This document shows positions 29,036-43,123 of a stretch of DNA of 64,000 nt, one piece after another. The DNA is taken from the NCBI GenBank assembly GCA_012295275.1, contig CM022666.1, positions 6,696,001-6,760,000 on the forward strand. Direction: 5' to 3'. The notes beneath the pieces are model-generated. The model was not told the DNA's origin and made no database searches. It was given only the letters and a program-made list of their open reading frames with translations. Source of the stretch: Chrysomallon squamiferum. Lineage: Eukaryota; Animalia; Mollusca. How positions within the stretch are numbered: the first letter of the stretch is position 1; each line of letters begins with the position of its first letter. The position numbers and the translations under genes were made by a program.

Positions 29036-29094
29036 CTTCGAACACGAGGATCAAAAAAATACGGCTCTTTTTTCTTGTGATTCGAATTCAGCAT
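29036..29094 (-). CDS. dlg1: Candidate alternative first coding exon, MLNSNHKKKEPYFFDPRVR(R), in frame with the PDZ3 exon
   Basis: ATG with A at -3 and an in-frame upstream stop. AAG|gtaggt donor in phase 2. Lies in a CpG-rich island with an upstream CCAAT box. Confidence 0.65.
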
Positions 29095-29363
29095 TCTGTT
29101 TTGTGTAGTCCACAGAACAACATAATGGTATAAAAACCCAAACCCCTAACACTTTATAGACGCAAAACACAAACACACAAACACGCGGTGGAGAAATCAC
29201 TTTTTCTAAAAATAAAAAAACCGACAACAACAACCACCACAACACACTCCAATATGCTCCTCGCTTATAGCCGAAGAACAGAAAATTGTCACAACTGTCA
29301 CTGCGACATGTTCAGTGACAGGATTAACAGACCCGGCAGTGTCAGATATTCACGTCTGCCTTT

Positions 29364-29373
29364 CTGATTGGCT
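29364..29373 (-). promoter_or_regulatory. CCAAT (NF-Y) box upstream of the candidate internal first exon
   Basis: AGCCAATCAG on the minus strand within the CpG-rich stretch 29040-29410, about 270 nt upstream of the ATG at 29094. Confidence 0.5.
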
Positions 29374-29415
29374 GCCGGCAGAGCGGGTTTTGGGAATTTA
29401 CCTATGCGCTTTTAG

Positions 29416-29446
<31 letters not shown>

Positions 29447-29509
29447 AAATAATCAATAAGGAGATAATAAGAGAGGAGGCAGCCTGCTTCACACACAAAT
29501 ACAACACAC

Positions 29510-30175
29510 AGTTAGCAGGGGGGGACCGTGTCAAAAGTCAACAAAGTCTGAATTAGAGATGTTGCCATATGGTGGACTGGCTGCAGTGTAATAGGGAGAG
29601 AGGGTTTTATGAGATGTTGTTTTTTTGTTGTAAATTTGTGTTTGCAGAACTCGATATTCATCTAGTTAGCAGGGGTCGTGTCAAAAGTTAATAATGCCTA
29701 AATGAGAGATAATGTTACGTGGTGGTATATAATAGGTGATTTTTATGAGGTATTTTTATAATGATGTTTTGTAAATATATATATATATATATATATTTAA
29801 CATAAATTAGCAGGGGCTGTGTCAAGAGTTAATAAATTTATCTAGAGATCATTCCATTCGGTGGATTATATTACAGGGCAGTTAAATAAATGAATTACAT
29901 TTAAAAGGATGTTCTGTACATTAGTATGAACAATTCTACACACATGTAACAACATATGGTTAGCAGGGGCTGTGTCAAAAGTTAATCAATTCTAAATTTA
30001 GCTATAGATAATTCCCTAAACAGGGACATTTTGTTTAGAAGGATGTTTCTGTGCATTTATGTGAACAACTATATATACATGTAACAATGTATGATTAACT
30101 GGGGCTATGTCAAAAGTTAACAGAAATAAATTTACCTAGAGATAATTCCATAACAATGACAGTTTTATAAGGATA
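29510..30175. repeat. Old degenerate tandem repeat with a ~140-155-bp period, 5 copies
   Basis: ttagcagggg(c)tgtgtcaaaagtta...agagat core at about 29512, 29667, 29807, 29959 and 30096. Confidence 0.75.
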
Positions 30176-30327
30176 TCCTGTTTATTTATTCTGAACATTT
30201 AAGGATAAATATGTATATTTGAGTGAGTGTCCATAATATATCAAGCACTCTGATAAAGAAACAAGAACATCAGACAGTAATAATAATATAACATTTGTCA
30301 ACATTCACACACATATGCATGTACAAA

Positions 30328-30372
<45 letters not shown>

Positions 30373-30907
30373 ACACACACACACAACATACATACACAGA
30401 ACATACACATATACAAATTTGAATTTCATAATAATAAAAGAAAAACAACAAAACACATCATACATAAGCAAATATGAAAATAAAAAAAATCATTTAAAAA
30501 AATACATTCCACCTGAAAAATAAACTATTAACTATTGACCGTGTTTTTTAACTTAATATTATTTTGATACTACAATACTGTACAATACTAGATCATATCA
30601 GACAACTACAGTTACATACATATATTATTATACATAATACATACATACATATACTCAAACCTGTGTACCCTGCATAATACATAATATATACAATTAAAAA
30701 ATGTGCATAAATTCAACAACAAATATGTCATGGTAATACATATAAATACAAACATGTATATAAATTTGTAGATACATGTATACATATATACAGAAACATA
30801 CATACGTATTATAGATATACTGAAAACATTTGTAATACACACATATATACATTGATATACATTTAAATATACAGCTTACATCTTATACCCCCCATAGTCA
30901 CATACAT

Positions 30908-30999
<92 letters not shown>

Positions 31000-31075
31000 T
31001 CTCTCTGTATTTATCTAAATAAATATCACACACACCACATGACACACTAAGTCAAACAGACTTATTTCCCCTTAC

Positions 31076-31280
31076 CTTGTTGGTTCTTCTTCGACTTTTA
31101 CTTCTGCTGGGCTCTGATCTGTTTTATCTGTCACAGGAATTGGCGTTGGTGCAACCACTGTTGTCGACGACGTTGTTGTCATGGTTGCTGCTGATATGGG
31201 CTGTATTGGCGGTGTTGCTGCCTGGGGATATGGTGATGCTGTTCCACTTGTGATAGAAATAGGTTCTGTGGAATGTCCAG
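31076..31280 (-). CDS. dlg1: Discs large exon: Pro/Ser/Thr-rich PDZ2-PDZ3 linker, AGHSTEPISITSG...VKVEEEPT(R)
   Basis: ttttttccag acceptor, AAG|gtaagg donor. 205 nt, phase 1 to 2. Joins both flanking exons in frame and gives ...PTR-EPRK, like Dlg ITREPRK. Confidence 0.88.
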
Positions 31281-31304
31281 CTGGAAAAAAAACAAAATAC
31301 AAAA

Positions 31305-31375
<71 letters not shown>

Positions 31376-32317
31376 AATAATTAATAAATAAAAGAATATA
31401 TGAACAAATTAAGTAAGACAGATGGCAAGACTGACTGACACATTGATAAAAGTAAGTAAATAAATATTTACGTAAAATGTAATATAATATCAATTTCATT
31501 TTTTTTTCCCAAAGAAAAAACAGTCTATTTACAAATTATTTTGAAATATCACAAGCACAAAATAATATTAGTAATATAATAAAAATAATAAAATAATACT
31601 ATAATAATAATGATGATGATTATTATTATTATACAAATAAGATATACATTTAAAGACATTATTTTATAAATGACATTAATCATTAATTAAAAATGTTCTA
31701 TGTATGCTATATATGCTATATAGTGCTATTTATGTATGTATTTAAGTATTTATGTATGTATATATGTATGTCTGCACATACTATAAATGTTACGTATGTA
31801 TGTATATATCATATGTGCATATATATGTTTGCATCAATGAATGCACAAATTTATTTACTTATGCATGTATGTATGTATGTAGAAATGTCTGTAAGTATGT
31901 GTGTATCTCAGTTTTTTGCCTGACTCATAATTAACTATAAAATCTTTATACCTGTTTCACAGCAACAGATATTATTACTGGTAACTGTTCACCATTGATT
32001 ACATATAACCCATTAATCTGTATCTGGCCATGCAATATCAGATTTTAATAACATCTTTGGATGTAATAATTTGTTACCAATTTTTCTTTTCATTATTACA
32101 ATTTATGATGCAGAAAATTGACAGTCATAATAGGGACATATTTATAGCTAAAACACCAAAATTTATATCTTCAGTTATCTTTTACAAGGATATTAAGGAA
32201 TAAAAAAAAATAATTTAAAAATTATTTCTAATAATTAATTATTAATAACATTTTCTTAAAAACTTTATTGAACAGTGCAGTAAACTAATATGATTTTTTG
32301 TTAAAAATAAAAATAAA

Positions 32318-32366
<49 letters not shown>

Positions 32367-32659
32367 TTTCATTAATATTACATCTATATTAAATATTACT
32401 ATTATAGAGATATATTAGTATTGGTTAAAGTGTAATACAAGCTATATTTTACTACATATATTATTATCCAGTACATTATATGACAAAGTTATAAATTTCT
32501 AGTGAGAACTATAGTACCATATAATATCCAACATGCTTATATATATAAACTTTCTTTCTCTTTCTCTCTCACAACATCATGTATTCTTTCAGCTACACAC
32601 ACATATACATACACACAGACACACAAACACACAACTATACACACAAAACACATATACAA

Positions 32660-32692
<33 letters not shown>

Positions 32693-33624
32693 ACTCTTAC
32701 CTTAGCATAGTATCTGAAATACACCTCACTATGTTAAGTCTGTACAGGTTTAGAGACTAAGTTTTAATTACATGCGTATGTGTTAGTTAGTGTGTGCTAT
32801 TAATTATGTATGATGAATGACAGTGTGACGTATAAACACCATAACCTACACTGTGTGAAACCATTAACCACATAACATCATTACTGTACATACCTGCTGT
32901 GACTTACTTGTATATATTACACATTATATTATTCTTACAATGTACAAAATAAATAAATACACATTCATACCTATGTACATACACAAAATTCACACATATT
33001 TTACATACTTACATAGTTACATAGACACATACATACATACAAAAATACATCTTACATTAAATACATATATATATCACACACACATATACACAAACACAAA
33101 CACAGACACATAAATACAGACATGAGTACACATGATACAAGACAGTGAATATCCAGTCAGATATATGGTGACAGAAAATTAGGATTTACAATTCACAAAA
33201 AAAAAAAAAAAAAAAAAAAGATACAATAAAATAAAAAAAAAAAAAAATATTTATAATAAAATTTACACAATATATACTGTTGCAACACTTTAAAAAAAAA
33301 AAAATATTATTTCTTTTTTTAAATAAACATTAAAACTGTAGAACAGATCAATGCATTTTGTAACCAATTGAAATACAATACTGGTTTTAAAAGTTTACAG
33401 TATAAATACCTTGTTACCTAGCAACACATCTGAACACTTATTCTATTACATCACAGGGCAAATACATCGACATTTAGCAAAACCTGTGACATCATTCTTT
33501 TTATAGCCACCTCAAAGAGAGGTAACTGAAGCATATTCTTTATTTTACCACTTGCAGATTCAAAATTTTGACCAGGGCATAAACTTTAATGTGTGTGGGG
33601 CCATTGGTTAGAATACTCGCTAGA

Positions 33625-33792
33625 GTATCAGCTATCCTGTCTATGGGATGGTTCATATAAAAAAATTCCTTTTTGCTAATCAGAAAGAGTAATCCACAAA
33701 TTGGCAATGATGGGTTTCCTTTTTCATTATCTGAATGGTCCTTAAACAGAAAACAAATGTGTTTTGTCACTAAATAAACATTTCTCTCCTTC
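33625..33792 (+). mobile_element. Degenerate SINE remnant (central and 3' part), resembling mollusc MetaSINE/MESC-type elements
   Basis: gctatcctgtctatgggatggttcatataaaa...ttttgctaatcagaaagagta...taaataaacattt resembles the recalled core TATCCTGTCTGTGGGATGGTGCATATAAAAGATCCCTTGCTGCTAATC. Related decayed copies occur elsewhere in the window. The family name is from memory and unverified. Confidence 0.55.
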
Positions 33793-34024
33793 ATCCAGCC
33801 TGACCCCTCCTGCCCACCCTGAACCTTCCCTGAAAAGTGTCAGTGCCAGCTGTGATAGAAATATTTCATTCATCTTCTGAATGAATTACCTGGCTGTCCA
33901 TAAAGTGAGGCTCTGCATGGATGGTCATTTATGTTTAGTAAATGCCAATTTTTAAAAATGGATACAAAAAAATGTTTTATGGGCCATTATCATGAAAAAT
34001 ACATGGAGTTACTTTGTTTAGATT

Positions 34025-34296
<272 letters not shown>

Positions 34297-35306
34297 AGGG
34301 AACATAACATAGCAGTTAATAAAACCATCAGTTCATCATTTAACTGAATAAATAAGTAACAGTTACCACAGTAACATAACATTAATTCAGCAGACTCTGG
34401 CTAATTACTTCTCTGGGGAGTGGTTAGTCAAGAGTTCAATTCTTCCTCCCTAACCCCCCCACTGGGCTATTTCCCATCCAGCATGAATATTCAACTACGT
34501 ACATTAGTAACTTTAACTCAGAAATAATTCAATCAATGACCAGTTCTCACCCCTCTAGAGCCTCATTCATTATACCTGATGGAGTAAATTTGTAAACGTA
34601 ATTTCTTAATAATCCTTTTACACAAAGCCTGAGCAACAACTATCATAGAACTTACCCATATACTTATTTTCTTATGCAAGAAAATAACAGAAATACAAAC
34701 TGACTGAAGAGAAAAGTTAACATCATGTACCACTGGTATAGAGTGCCTCATATTAATATTATTAAAAAAAAACAGTAACTGTCTGCGAACTTATCTAAAT
34801 ACTGACCTACTGTCAGAAATTACAATGAATATAAACTGTGAATGCTATTTAATACCCCCCCTACAGACCCTCACATTAATGTTACAAGTGTCTCGGTCAG
34901 TGTTACGGTTGACTGAAAGAGGTCACTCATGTGGAGCCTCAATGACAAAGACTTGACTGACATTGTCATATCAAAATTTTATTATTTGATTTATGTGCCA
35001 ATTTATTATTTATATATACACTGTGAATGTATTTCATTGACTGCATTTTCAAATCTTCGGTTTTACGTACGATTCTTTCACAGGTAGGTACAGAGGTAGA
35101 AGATAATATTACGGAGATAGGTAGATAGGTTAAATAGACAGGTAGGTTAAATAGGCAGGTAGGTAGGTGTAGGTAGGTAGGTAGATAGACAAGAACACAT
35201 ATATACATGAAACTAACTTTGTCTGTGATTTCAGGGTACATAATTCATTTTATCATTTTATTATTAATAAAAAAATACAAAAAGAAAAAATAAATAAAGA
35301 ATAACC

Positions 35307-35343
<37 letters not shown>

Positions 35344-38300
35344 CAAGTAAACAAACAAACAAACAAACAAACAATACAACAACAACAACAACAACAAAAA
35401 TAAACAACAGTAAAAAGAAAACAGAAAACTAAATAAAATTAAGAAAGCAGAAATTGCTGCCATTTCATAGGGTGTTCTGATTTGTAGCAAGGAATTTTTT
35501 CTGTGGATTTTCTCATAAACATTACACCACATTCCATGGACTTTAATAAACACACACACACATGCACGCACACACACACACTTGCATGCACATATGTGCA
35601 TATGTCTACACGCACACACACACACACACAAACTTTGAAAATTATAGAGCAGGGATTTGCAAGTTTTTCTGCAAATGGGCCTCATGTCTTTAAATGGATG
35701 GGTAGCCACATTAATATATAGCTAATAATAATAATAAAATAATAATAATAATAATAGTAGTAGTAGTAGAAGTAGTAGTAGTAATAGTAGTAGTAGTAGT
35801 AGTAGTAAGGTAATAAGGAATTGTCAGTAAGTATTATTAAATGTTTTTGACCTGGGTTATTTTATGTTAGACATTCAACCCTTTATTATCTAAACATTAT
35901 CTGGGATTAGACCTCCTATCAGTATCTATCATTTTATTATCTAAACCTATTTCTTATTTTGCTTGGATTTAGACCTTCTGGTTGTTAGCATTTCGTGTAT
36001 GTTTGAATCATTCAGATAATTAGGTATATAGCTTGATCAACTGCCAGCCCACTGTGTTGAGGGTATGACTGATGTATTTTCAAATCAATTAGTTTATAAT
36101 TACACAATTGTCTTAAATATCTTAAAATTAATGAACAAAATATTTTAATCATAACAGTTATTAGCTAACAGAATTTTAGAGAAGAAACTCAATATTTCTG
36201 CAGCTAGGAATCTTTTATGTGAAATTTATGAACAGTATCAAAATCAGTTTAACTTCTGATAAAATAATTTTTCCCATTATTATTATTATTATTATTTTTT
36301 TTTTTTTTTATTATTATTATTTACTTTTATTATATTTTTTTTTATATATATTTTTTTATTTATAATTATTTACTTTTATTTTTATTTCATTTTATTACAT
36401 AAATTTTAAATTAATTTTAATTTTATTATTATTATATAAATTTTAAATTATAATTTTTATTTACTTTATTTTTACTTTTATTTATCCAGATATTTCTCAG
36501 TTCCAACAAGTTTTATTATAATTATCATTTTTTTTAAAAATATTTTTACAAATGTATGTTTGTTTGAATGTGTGCATGCAGGTGTAATTTAAACATTTTT
36601 TTATTTTTTTTTAGACATATTCATGCATATGCAAGTAGATGAACATATGCACATTCTTCTGCAAAATCGGCTTAATTTATTTATTTATTTATTTTTTGTT
36701 TATTAATCAAAATCTTGACTCTGTTGATTAAAATAAACAACATACAGAGAAACTTCTCAAAACTGAACAAGTAAAAACTTGAGCTTGGAGAGATTTTGGG
36801 TTTTTAGATTTAGGTAACTTGTACATTACAGGACTATGGAGACTGTTCACAGATCAATGCAATTCTGATTTATTGATCTGATTTTGAGAAGTTTCAGTGC
36901 AGCTCAGTGTGACAATGTCTCATTCAAAGTGAACATGCTCATGCAAAAAAAATAATAATAATAATACAAAAAAATTAGTAATAAAAATAAAATAAAATAA
37001 AAAAAATAAAAATAAAATAAAATAAAATAAAAAAATAAAAAAAATAAAATAAAAAAAAAAAAACTAAAAATAACCAATAAAGAAATAATAAAAACAAAAT
37101 AAATAAATAAATAAATAATGAAATAAATAAATGTTAAATAAATAAATAAATAATTAAATAATTAAACAAAGTATAATAAAATAATTAAAATAAAATAATT
37201 TTAAAAAATTATAATGAAAATAATGAAATTATAAAAAAAAATGAAAAATATAAAATAAAAATTTACTTCAAAAGGTTACTGTAACATGCAAAACTCAAAG
37301 AAAAAAGATTTATATTTTTATATACTAATAGCCAGCAAATACCCATGTTCATTGTAAATGGACATTGTCACTAACAACAAAATTTGTGTTAATATGATAA
37401 TAAAGATTAAATATGTTTTACGAGTATAAAAATGTTTTTTTGATTATTTTACAATAAAATCTATTAAATTTCAATGAACAACTGAAATTATATTAACAAA
37501 TAATTAAATTTATATATTAATAAATAATAAATATATATAAGTAATAATAATAATAATAATAATAATATCAAACTAATTTATAAATTAGAAAAATAAATAA
37601 CATTTTTTTGTTTACATATTTTTTTTGATTTTCATAAATAATAAAACAATAAACAAATTTTATACTCGCATAGATCAATCAAAGTAAGAATTATCAGTAA
37701 AACAAAAATATATAATTATTAAATGTATTTATTTGCTTTTTTAATGTTCTGATACAGATATGATATGGAGAATACACTGGTTATAATAAATCTACAAAAA
37801 AACGAAAAAATAAAAAAACTGAAATGAAAACATGGAGGGATGCAGAGAGAATAAGGGAGACAACTCTAGTTCTTTTTAAGACACTTATATTGGATTATAA
37901 TAACTGGTTTTATCATTACAAAAAGTATTTTGTTCTTTGGATTGGAAAATAATAATAAAAGATAAGAGTATTTGTGATTATTTTTAAATGATGAATTAAT
38001 TAATGTTTATAACTAAAAATTAATGCACAACATTTATTGCCTTTATTTGAACATACAAAATGTTTTTAGGTTTCTGGTTTTTTTTTTTCTGTCTGTAAAT
38101 GAGAAAATGTCTAATATTTGTATCCATACATATTATCTGAATATTAAAAAAAAAAAACATGAAATCTTGAACTATGGATGTTATCTTGTAATTGTATTAT
38201 ATTTATTTGTTTATTATTTTGGTTTGTTATTTATTTTTTTATTTACTTTATTTTTTATTTTTTTTTTTTTTTTTTTTGTATTTATTTATTTATTTATTTA

Positions 38301-39723
38301 AATTATTTAATTTTTTTGGTACTTTTATTTTTATTTTTTCCATTTTGCAACCTTAGAAATTTTAATAATAATAATAATAATCATCAAAAAAAAAAAAAAA
38401 AAAAATAAGAAGAAGAAATAAAATTAAAAAATAAAATAAACAGTAATTTAAGTCTATAAATTGTGAATTCTACAAGATTGTCACACAGTATTCTCTCTGT
38501 ATAACATACGATGTTTTATTACACACAAAATATAAAAACATGGGCAAATGCTGGCTGTGTGTACAACAAACAAATTAATCACAAACATCAAAATGCAAAA
38601 TCAATTATAAAGGTACAAAAATACTTTTTAAACATTTTTGAAAATTTTGAAGTAAAAAAACAGAAATGTGCAGGAGAAAATGAGAAAAATGCAGCAACAA
38701 CGAGCATTCATAGCTGATATTAAAAAATAAAACCAAAAATAAAACAAATAAGAAAACAAATGAAAAATAAAAAAATAAAATAAATAAACAACAAAAAAAC
38801 ACTTAAAGCACAACCAGCAAATGATAAGTAATAATCTTTGTTATAAATAATGAAAATAAGAAAAAAGATTAGCAATGTTAAAATTTAGTAAACTGAGTAC
38901 CAATATTATATTAATGCTTTAAAAAAAAATTATTAAATATAAAGTTGATTTTCAATTTACCAAAAAAAATGCTGCTTTTTTTTTTTTTTTACATGAATTT
39001 GATTTTGTTTTTTTAAATAAAAAAAGTTTATTATTATTTTTATTATTTCTGATACCATGAAAAAAAAACAAAAAAACAAAAAAAAAATGAAAATGATTAT
39101 ACAGAGTTGGGAACAAAGAAACTTTATACTGAAAATAAAATGCAGAACTGTGTTTACAAAGAACCTTTATGTTGATCAATAGCAATAGATTTTAGGTCAT
39201 AAATATTTATTTCAAGACTTTTAATCTGTCACATTTTTATTTATTTATTTATTTTTTTTATAGTTATCAGTTTATAGTTTTATACTGCTCGGCCAAATTT
39301 GCTAAAAGTTTATGCTCGCCAATTTTTTCTGATTAATTAAGCAAAATAACATAAAATGTATTTTTATGGAAACTTTATAAAATTGTTTTTAAGATTTATT
39401 TCATTTTTCCTCTTCTTGGGTTTATTGTTATCTTTAAAAAAGTTTATTTTGGGGTTATGTAAAAGTTAATTCAAAAAAAAAAAAAAAAAAAAAAAAAAAA
39501 GTGTATTTTTTATATTTATCTCCTAAGGCACAACCATTGTTATTATATAAATATATTTTTAAAAACATTTTTTTGAGATAGAATAAATGTAATATTTATG
39601 ATAATCATTTTTATATATTTTAAAAATAAATTTTGATTTGGAATTAAAAAAAAAAAAAAAAAAAATTCATTTCACACTTTTAAAACTATTTATACCTCAA
39701 AAAAAAAAACACAAAAAAAAACA

Positions 39724-39762
<39 letters not shown>

Positions 39763-40229
39763 ATAAAACAACTAAAAATAATAAAATAAATAAATAATAA
39801 TAATAATTTAAAAATAATCAAAATTAAAATTTTCATCAAAACTGATGTGTGCATTAATCAATGTAAAGTTATTTAATATTGCAATACATATCTTTTTAAG
39901 ACTTAAAACTAAACAATATTTTTGTTGTCAGATAAATTTCATTAACAAATAAAAATCACAAAAAGCAAAAGCAAGCCACATACAGAAAAAGCACCAGATT
40001 TTCCCAAACATCAATGCAGACAAAAAAAAAGAAGAAAATAATAACAACAATAATAACAATAATAATAAAATAAAAAATAAAGCCCATCTTGCACACTTTC
40101 CTTAACACTTCTCCCTGTTTTACCGAATTCCTATATAATTATTAACTTAAATTTCTGTTCATAACTTAATGGTCCTTCTTTATGATATAGCACCAATCAA
40201 AGCATGATAACATATTATTTTAATGCCAA

Positions 40230-40288
<59 letters not shown>

Positions 40289-41270
40289 TAAATAAATAAA
40301 AAAATAAATAAAATAAAAAATAATAATAAAAAAATAATTTATCCAAAAAAGAGAATAAAAAGAAAAAAAAATTAGCTGACATAAAGTCTACAAAACTACC
40401 ATAGATATTTTTATATATATATTTTTTTTAATGTCTCTGAAACATGAATTTAAAAAGGTGATTAACTCCACACTAATGGTTATCTCCCCTGTAAGACAGA
40501 GGTTAAACTAAAAAAACAACCTATAAATATCTACATATACTAACTAGTTTTAACTACTTTTTCTCTTGGTTACTGTTTCAATCATCTACATAATCAGAAA
40601 AACAGAACTACACACTTAACTAGAATTAATTAAACAAAAATTTAATTTATTTTATTTATATATATATTTTTTTTTTTTTTTTTTTTTGACCTTGATATTT
40701 TGTTTGACTGATTACTGAAACTATACCACAAACATTTTATCATTTATTAAAGTTTGGTTGAAGCTCTGCATTTTTATTTATTTTCAGTTGTGTATGGGTT
40801 TTTAAACAACTTAAATCTATTTAACATTCAGACTGATATATGTCTTTTTTAATATTAAGGTTATTCTAAAGATTGCCTTTATTATTATATTATTTATTAT
40901 TACTAAAATTTAGTTTTAAAGATTATTACCTTTATTATTTATCATATTTTATTATTATTATTAATCTAGTGTCCAGTTTTAATGAAAATGGTTTTGACTT
41001 TGAAATATCAAACAAAATGAAGTTTATAATAAAAATTATAAATGTGGAAATATTAATGAAAGTATTACATTATAAACACTGCAGTATATCAAACATATAT
41101 ATAGAACTATGTATGTTTGTATGTATATAGAAAAATTATATTAAAAAACTGATGCTTTATCCAATGAGAAATACACAACCTAAATGCTGGCCAAAAAAGT
41201 CCAAAATACTTTTAAAAAAAAAAAAAAAAAAAAAAATCACAGTAATGAAATAAATTTAAATAATAATAAC

Positions 41271-41307
<37 letters not shown>

Positions 41308-41483
41308 AGTTACAACATTAAACATCCTTCACCACCAACATATGGGAAGATTAAAAAAAAAAAATTAATAATAATTAAAAAAATAAATAAATAAAAATAA
41401 ATAAAAAACAATGGTCACAACACAAAAAACACTTAAGACATATTTTTTTTTTTTTTTTTCCTCATTTGTTTTTACAACACTCA

Positions 41484-41517
<34 letters not shown>

Positions 41518-41531
41518 CCACCAGGGGGCAC
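41518..41531 (+). promoter_or_regulatory. CTCF consensus motif
   Basis: CCACCAGGGGGCAC matches the CTCF core CCASYAGRKGGCRS. Confidence 0.5.
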
Positions 41532-41564
41532 ATGCACCTGTGACGAGGTAGAATTAGGTCGAAC

Positions 41565-41700
41565 CTGTGAGTGACTGCTGGTCTTGCGAGTTGTTGCGAT
41601 GCGTCAGTTTGCCGATGGTGAGGTGGACAACGTCCTGCGTGGACTTGAGTGCGGCAACAGCTTGCTCGTGTGTGACGTGCTCCAAGCTGATGTCATTTAC
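41565..41700 (-). CDS. dlg1: Discs large exon: PDZ2 second part, VNDISLEHVTHEQAVAALKSTQDVVHLTIGKLTHRNNSQDQQSLT(A)
   Basis: tttcag acceptor and PDZ alphaB motif VTHEQAVAALK. Donor CAG|gttcga is phase 1 and matches the next exon. An in-frame TAA follows shortly, which constrains this donor. Confidence 0.9.
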
Positions 41701-41719
41701 CTGAAATACAAACACGTTA

Positions 41720-42930
41720 CACAGCTTTTATATTAGTATTTATTAGTTAGACAGTCTTTATATTAGTATTTATTAGTTAGACAGCTTTTATATAAGTGTT
41801 TACTATTAGTTAGACAGCTTTTATATAAGTGTTTACTATTAGTTAGACAGCTTTTATATTAGTATTTATTAGTTAGACAGTCTTTATATTAGTATTTATT
41901 AGTTAGACAGCTTTTATATAAGTGTTTACTATTAGTTAGACAGCTTTTATATAAGTGTTTACTATTAGTTAGACAGCTTTTATATAAGTATTTATTAGTT
42001 AGACAGTCTTTATATTAGTATTTATTAGTTAGACAGCTTTTATATAAGTGTTTACTATTAGTTAGACAGCTTTTATATAAGTGTTTACTATTAGTTAGAC
42101 AGTCTTTATATAAGTGTTTATTAGTTAGACAGCTTTTATATAAGTATTTATTAGTTAGACAGCTTTTATATAAGTCTTTATTAGTTAGACAGCTTTTATA
42201 TAAGTGTTTACTATTAGTTAGACAGTCTTTATATAAGTGTTTATTAGTTAGACAGCTTTTATATAAGTATTTATTAGTTAGACAGCTTTTATATTAGTAT
42301 TTATTAGTTAGACAGCTTTTATATTAGTATTTATTAGTTAGACAGCTTTTATATAAGTATTTATTAGACAGTCTTTATATTAGTATTTATTAGTTAGACA
42401 GCTTTTATATAAGTCTTTATTAGTTAGACAGCTTTTATATAAGTATTTATTAGTTAGACAGCTTTTATATAAGTGTTTACTATTAGCTTTTATATAAATA
42501 TTTACTATTAGTTAGACAGTCTATATAAATAGTTATTATTAGTTAGACACTCTTTATATAAAGTTATTAGACAGTTTTTATATAGTTATTATTAGTTAGA
42601 TAGTTTTTTATATAAATATTTATTATTAATTAGACAGTTTTTATATAAATATTTATTATTAGTTTTTTATATAAATATTTATTATTAGTTAGGTAGCTTT
42701 CAAATAAAATATTTATTATTAGATGGACAGTTTTATATAAATATTTATTATTAGTTAGGTAGCTTTCATATAAAATATTTATTAGTTAGTTTTTATATAA
42801 ATATTTATTAGTTTTTTATACAAATATTTATTATTAGATGGACAGTTTTATATAAATATTTATTATTAGTTAGATAGTTTTTTATATAAATATTTATTAG
42901 TTAGACAGTTTTAAATAAATATTTATTGTT
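41720..42930. repeat. ~30-33-bp minisatellite (ttagttagacagcttttatataagtgtttacta), degenerating towards higher coordinates
   Basis: Direct inspection. It begins about 20 nt from the PDZ2 exon acceptor. Confidence 0.9.
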
Positions 42931-43075
42931 AGTTTAACATACAACTGTCTGGTAAATTAATGAATATATAAATATATAAATTTTATTAGTTTAATTAAGC
43001 TGCTAATGAACACACAAAAAACTACATAGAGATGCATATTATTTAAATATTTTAAATTAAACTTTAAAACAAAAA

Positions 43076-43123
<48 letters not shown>

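Noticed and set aside
38628-38713. Possible phase-1 exon AMNARCCCIFLIF...
   Set aside because: Composition matches T-rich intron, with no donor and no homology.
40385-40488. Strong acceptor tctgtcttacag in the intron between the PDZ2 and linker exons
   Set aside because: No convincing donor, and the phase-1 frame runs into low-complexity AT sequence and a stop.
41695-41703. cag|GTAAAT as a recursive splice site
   Set aside because: It is explained by the conserved Val-Asn codons at the start of the exon, and using it would shift the frame.
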